DNA of 64,000 nucleotides from the human T2T-CHM13v2.0 reference genome, Homo sapiens. A program made the translations under genes and the position numbers. Shown piece after piece: positions 57,289 to 64,000 of this stretch. The stretch lies in assembly GCF_009914755.1 (NCBI RefSeq), contig NC_060927.1. One strand, given 5' to 3'. Each line of letters starts with the position of its first letter. Position 1 is the stretch's first letter. Under the pieces are notes generated by a model. That model had not been told where the DNA came from. It worked only from the letters and a program-made list of their open reading frames with translations, and did not search any database.

Positions 57289-60200
57289 AGTGGTATGGGC
57301 AGACACTGGAATAAAATCTAGTATTACTCTTGCATATGAGAAAAAGAGGGCTTATTTGTATACAATGAGAGGGAACAACCCCAGTCAAAGTGTGAATAAA
57401 TTATAGACTTGAAGTGGAAACAATGAGGATATATGGTTCTTGCAAATGAGCTCAGCATTACAAGTATGCTGTTAAAATTTCCTATATTATGATATAGGAT
57501 ATAATAGTGACAAAGTGTCACATCTCCTCCTATTTTGAAATCCCATTACATATTAGAGCGTATGTTCAGTCTTGACTAAAAAGGCATGGGAAGCTATATT
57601 CTTCAGTAGGCAATAGGGATTATAGAGTGGACTAGAAAGAAACAGTAAAATAAGAGGCTATACAGAAATTGTGTGGTCAACCATCAGGGATAGCTGTGAA
57701 ATAAGAACTGAAAACAGACAACCCCAAAGTAATTCCAATGCTGGTTTCACAACACAAGGTTTTATCCTTGTACTATAAAAATAATATAAGATGGTAAAAT
57801 GTGAAATTTAAAAAAAAATTATAGTGAAATGTAGTGAGATCTCCATGCGTTCTGATAATTTAATAATATTTAGCATCAAGTCACTTAAAAGAAGTCCCAC
57901 ATCTATTATGTATTTGCAATCTGCCTTGTCATTTTTGCAGTAATTTCACTTCTGCACTAAAACCCTTTTTAACTAATATGCAATTGGAAAGCTACACTAC
58001 ATTGAGTAGATGGAAAGCAAAGAGTAAGTAAATTATTCAATAGTTTCAAAATAATGTCTTTATCCCATTTAAGCTTTTCTCTCTGTAACATTCTTCACTT
58101 AAATTACATTGACTTCTTGCATAAATATATGCAAATATTTTCAGTATTTCATCTAGTAAAGTATCGTTGATTTATACTTGTAGTGGGTTTGGCGTCATGG
58201 GACATTAAAACATTGTGCAAGAGGGTATTTCCTGCATTGGATTGTCCTGTGTGTTTTAGAGTATCCAGCATCCTTGCTCCTACATACTAAATGCCTGAGC
58301 TTCCATGTCTCTGTCCCCAGTCATCAGACAACCAAAAATGCTCCTATGTTTCCAAGATGGCCCCTAACCTACAGTACCTGACTTGTTAAGAATCACTCAG
58401 CCTAAATCTATGGATTCTATACTTGCATGAAGAGTATTATAAGTTTCAGCTGTTTGATTTTATAAAAAGAAGTTTGGACAAATGGGTTTTGTAATGATTT
58501 CCTGGTCTCAGAAGAGGATATAATATATATATGTTTGATGAAATGGGAGTGTTGGAGCTGAGGTTAAGTAAGTGTCATATTTTTTAAAGAGGGGTACAGA
58601 AAATGTTCTTAAGGAGTAAACCAGCTATTAGCAAAGAAGACAGCAGGAAAGCTTAGATTAGAAACTAATTTGCTCTTATTTTGTTCTTGTTCTTATTGTT
58701 TTAGTTCACAAAGGTAGGTTAGCATAAGGGAACTAAAAAGAAAAACTGCTATGTAAGCATGTACCGTGTACCATGTACCAAGGCTCTGCTGATACTTCCA
58801 AATCTAATTTCATGAAGCTCTTTCAGGAGATTGTACTGTCATCACTTAATAGTGGAGAAAAATAGTTTTCTGAGAAATTATACCTCTGTTGCAAAATAGA
58901 ATCTGCCAAAAAGAAGAACAAGGAGAAAACTGAATGTTGGAAATGGAGCATATTGGAAATTACCCATTCTGTTGAATAGACAAGCAGGCTCATCGGGTGA
59001 GCCACATCAATATGTTTTGAGGGAAATGGAAAGCATTTGTAAACTGGTAGGTCCAGACTATCTGTACTTTTTAACTTGATCTATGATCTTTTGTCCAAGT
59101 TGTAACAATATACCACTGTTGTACTTTGTTCCTTATGGGTAATAACAAAATAGACCACCCAAGGTTTAGGCTTTTTGATTCAGGTCTAGCTAGACCCTTG
59201 TTAAACAATGGGGTCTAAGTTTGTGTAGTAAACATTTCAATCTGAACAATGTAAGAGGTTTCCCCTAGTTCAGTTTAAAGAGTCAATGCAAGTGAAATGA
59301 ATTACTTTCTGAGAGATTATGGACAGGAAACCTCTAAGTGTTTTATGTGCCACCCTTGGCAAGCTCTACATTTAGATTACTGTATCTCATGCTTTAATTC
59401 TGGAGTTTCAAAGGCAGTGTGCTGGAGCATGCTCCTACCAGCTTGTGAAGGTCAATTGTTAAATTTTTAAGAATTTCGCCTGGGAGGAGCCAAGATGGCC
59501 GAATAGGAACAGCTCCAGTCTACAGCTCCCAGCCTGAGCGACGCAGAAGACGGGTGATTTCTGCATTTCCATCTGAGGTACCGGGTTCATGTCACTAGGG
59601 AGTGACAGACAGTGGGCGCAGGTCAGTGGGTGCGCGCACCATGCACGAGCCGAAGCAGGGCAAGGCATTGCCTCACTCAGGAAGCACAGGGGGTCAGGGA
59701 GTTCCCTTTCCTAATCAAAGAAAGGGGTGACGGACGGCACCTGGAAAATCAGGTCACTCCCACCAGAATACTGCGCTTTTCCGACGGGCTTAAAAAACGG
59801 CGCACCACGAGATTATATCCCGCACCTGGCTCAGAGGGTCCTACCCCACGGAGTCTTGCTGATTGCTAGCACAGCAGTCTGAGATCAAACTGCAAGGCAG
59901 CAGCGAGGCTGGGGGAGGGGCGCCCACCATTGCCCAGGCTTGCTTAGGTAAACAAAGCAGCCGGGAAGCTCGAACTGGGTAGAGCCCACCACAGCTCAAG
60001 GAGGCCTGCCTGCCTCTGTAGGCTCCACCTCTGGGGGCAGGGCACAGACAAACAAAAAGACAGCAGTAACCTCTGCAGACTTAAATGTCCCTGTCTGACA
60101 GCTTTGAAGAGAGCAGGGGTTCTCCCAGTACACAGCTGGAGATCTGAGAAGGGGCAGACTGCCTCCTCAAGTGGGTCCCTGACCCCTGACCCCCAAGCAG

Positions 60201-60385
60201 CCTAACTGGGAGGCACCCTCCAGCAGGGGCACACTGACACCTCACATGGCAGGGTACTCCAACAGACCTACAGCTGAGGGTCCTGTCTGTTAGAAGGAAA
60301 ACTAACAAACAGAAAGGACATCCACACCAAAAACCCATCTGTACATCACCATCATCAAAGACCAAAAGTAGATAAAACCACAAAG

Positions 60386-61459
60386 ATGGGGAAAAAACAG
60401 AACAGAAAAACTGGAAACTCTAAAAATCAGAGCGCCTCTCCTCCTCCAAAGGAACGCAGCTCCTCACCAGCAACAGAACAAAGCTGGACGGAGAATGACT
60501 TTGACGAGCTGAGAGAAGAAGGCTTCAGACAATCAAATTACTCTGAGCTACGGGAGGACATTCAAACCAAAGGCAAAGAAGTTGAAAACTTTGAAAAAAA
60601 TTTAGAAGAATGTATAACTAGAATAACCAATACAGAGAAGTGCTTAAAGGAGCTAATGGAGCTGAAAACCAAGGCTCGAGAACTACGTGAAGAATGCAGA
60701 AGCCTCAGGAGCCGATGCAATCAACTGGAAGAAAGGGTATCAGCAATGGAAGATGAAATGAATGAAATGAAGCGAGAAGGAAAGTTTAGAGAAAAAAGAA
60801 TAAAAAGAAACGAGCAAAGCCTCCAAGAAATATGGGACTATGTGAAAAGACCAAATCTACGTCTGATTGGTGTACCTGAAAGTGATGGGGAGAATGGAAC
60901 CAAGTTGGAAAACAGTCTGCAGGGTATTATCCAGGAGAACTTCCCCAATCTAGCAAGGCAGGCCAACGTTCAGATTCAGGAAATACAGAGAATGCAACAA
61001 AGATACTCCTCGAGAAGAGCAACTCCAAGACACATAATTGTCAGATTCACCAAAGTTGAAATGAAGGAAAAAATGTTAAGGGCAGCCAGAGAGAAAGGTC
61101 GGGTTACCCTCAAAGGGAAGCCCAACAGACTAACAGTGGATCTCTTGGCAGAAACCCTACAAGCCAGAAGAGAGTGGGGACCAATATTCAACATTCTTAA
61201 AGAAAAGAATTTTCAACCCAGAATTTCATATCCAGCCAAACTAAGATTCATAAGTGAAGGAGAAATAAAATACTTTACAGACAAGCAAATGCTGAGAGAT
61301 TTTGTCACCACCAGGCCTGCCCTAAAAGAGCTCCTTGAAGGAAGCGCTAAACATGGAAAGGAACAACCGGTACCAGCCACTGCAAAATCATGCCAAAATG
61401 TAAAGACCATCGAGACTAGGAAGAAGCTGCATCAACTAACGAGCAAAATAACCAGCTAA
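60386..61459 (+). pseudogene. L1 ORF1p with frameshifted C-terminus
   Basis: MGKKQNRKTGNSK...RPALKELL followed by a non-canonical tail (extra base near 61337). Confidence 0.93.
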
Positions 61460-61466
61460 CATCATA

Positions 61467-64000
<2,534 letters not shown>

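Overview
Primate (human or great-ape-like) genomic DNA, not microbial. The left ~24 kb holds the 5' half of IFT57 (intraflagellar transport 57/HIPPI) on the minus strand. I reconstructed five coding exons by hand (212+163+119+91+69 nt = 218 codons, GT-AG junctions, open frame), plus a CpG-island promoter with three RFX X-box-like motifs, a CRE, a CCAAT box and a GC box. The remaining ~40 kb is repeat-dense upstream DNA: Alus, MER DNA-transposon relics, ERVL fragments, an old L1 whose 5'UTR is fused to its 3' end, a ~10 kb two-LTR provirus (tRNA-Arg PBS; gag/pro/RNaseH/IN/env-TM relics) with a nested full THE1 and an Alu, and the 5' 4.5 kb of a young but frameshifted L1PA. Almost all listed ORFs are repeat-derived or spurious. 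I see no convincing new biological system. The best leads are the nested provirus and its env-TM ORF, the L1 antisense promoter facing IFT57, a possible divergent spliced transcript, and a tandem-plus-inverted 25-30 bp hairpin. Repeat family names are from recall of consensus sequences, not from a database search.
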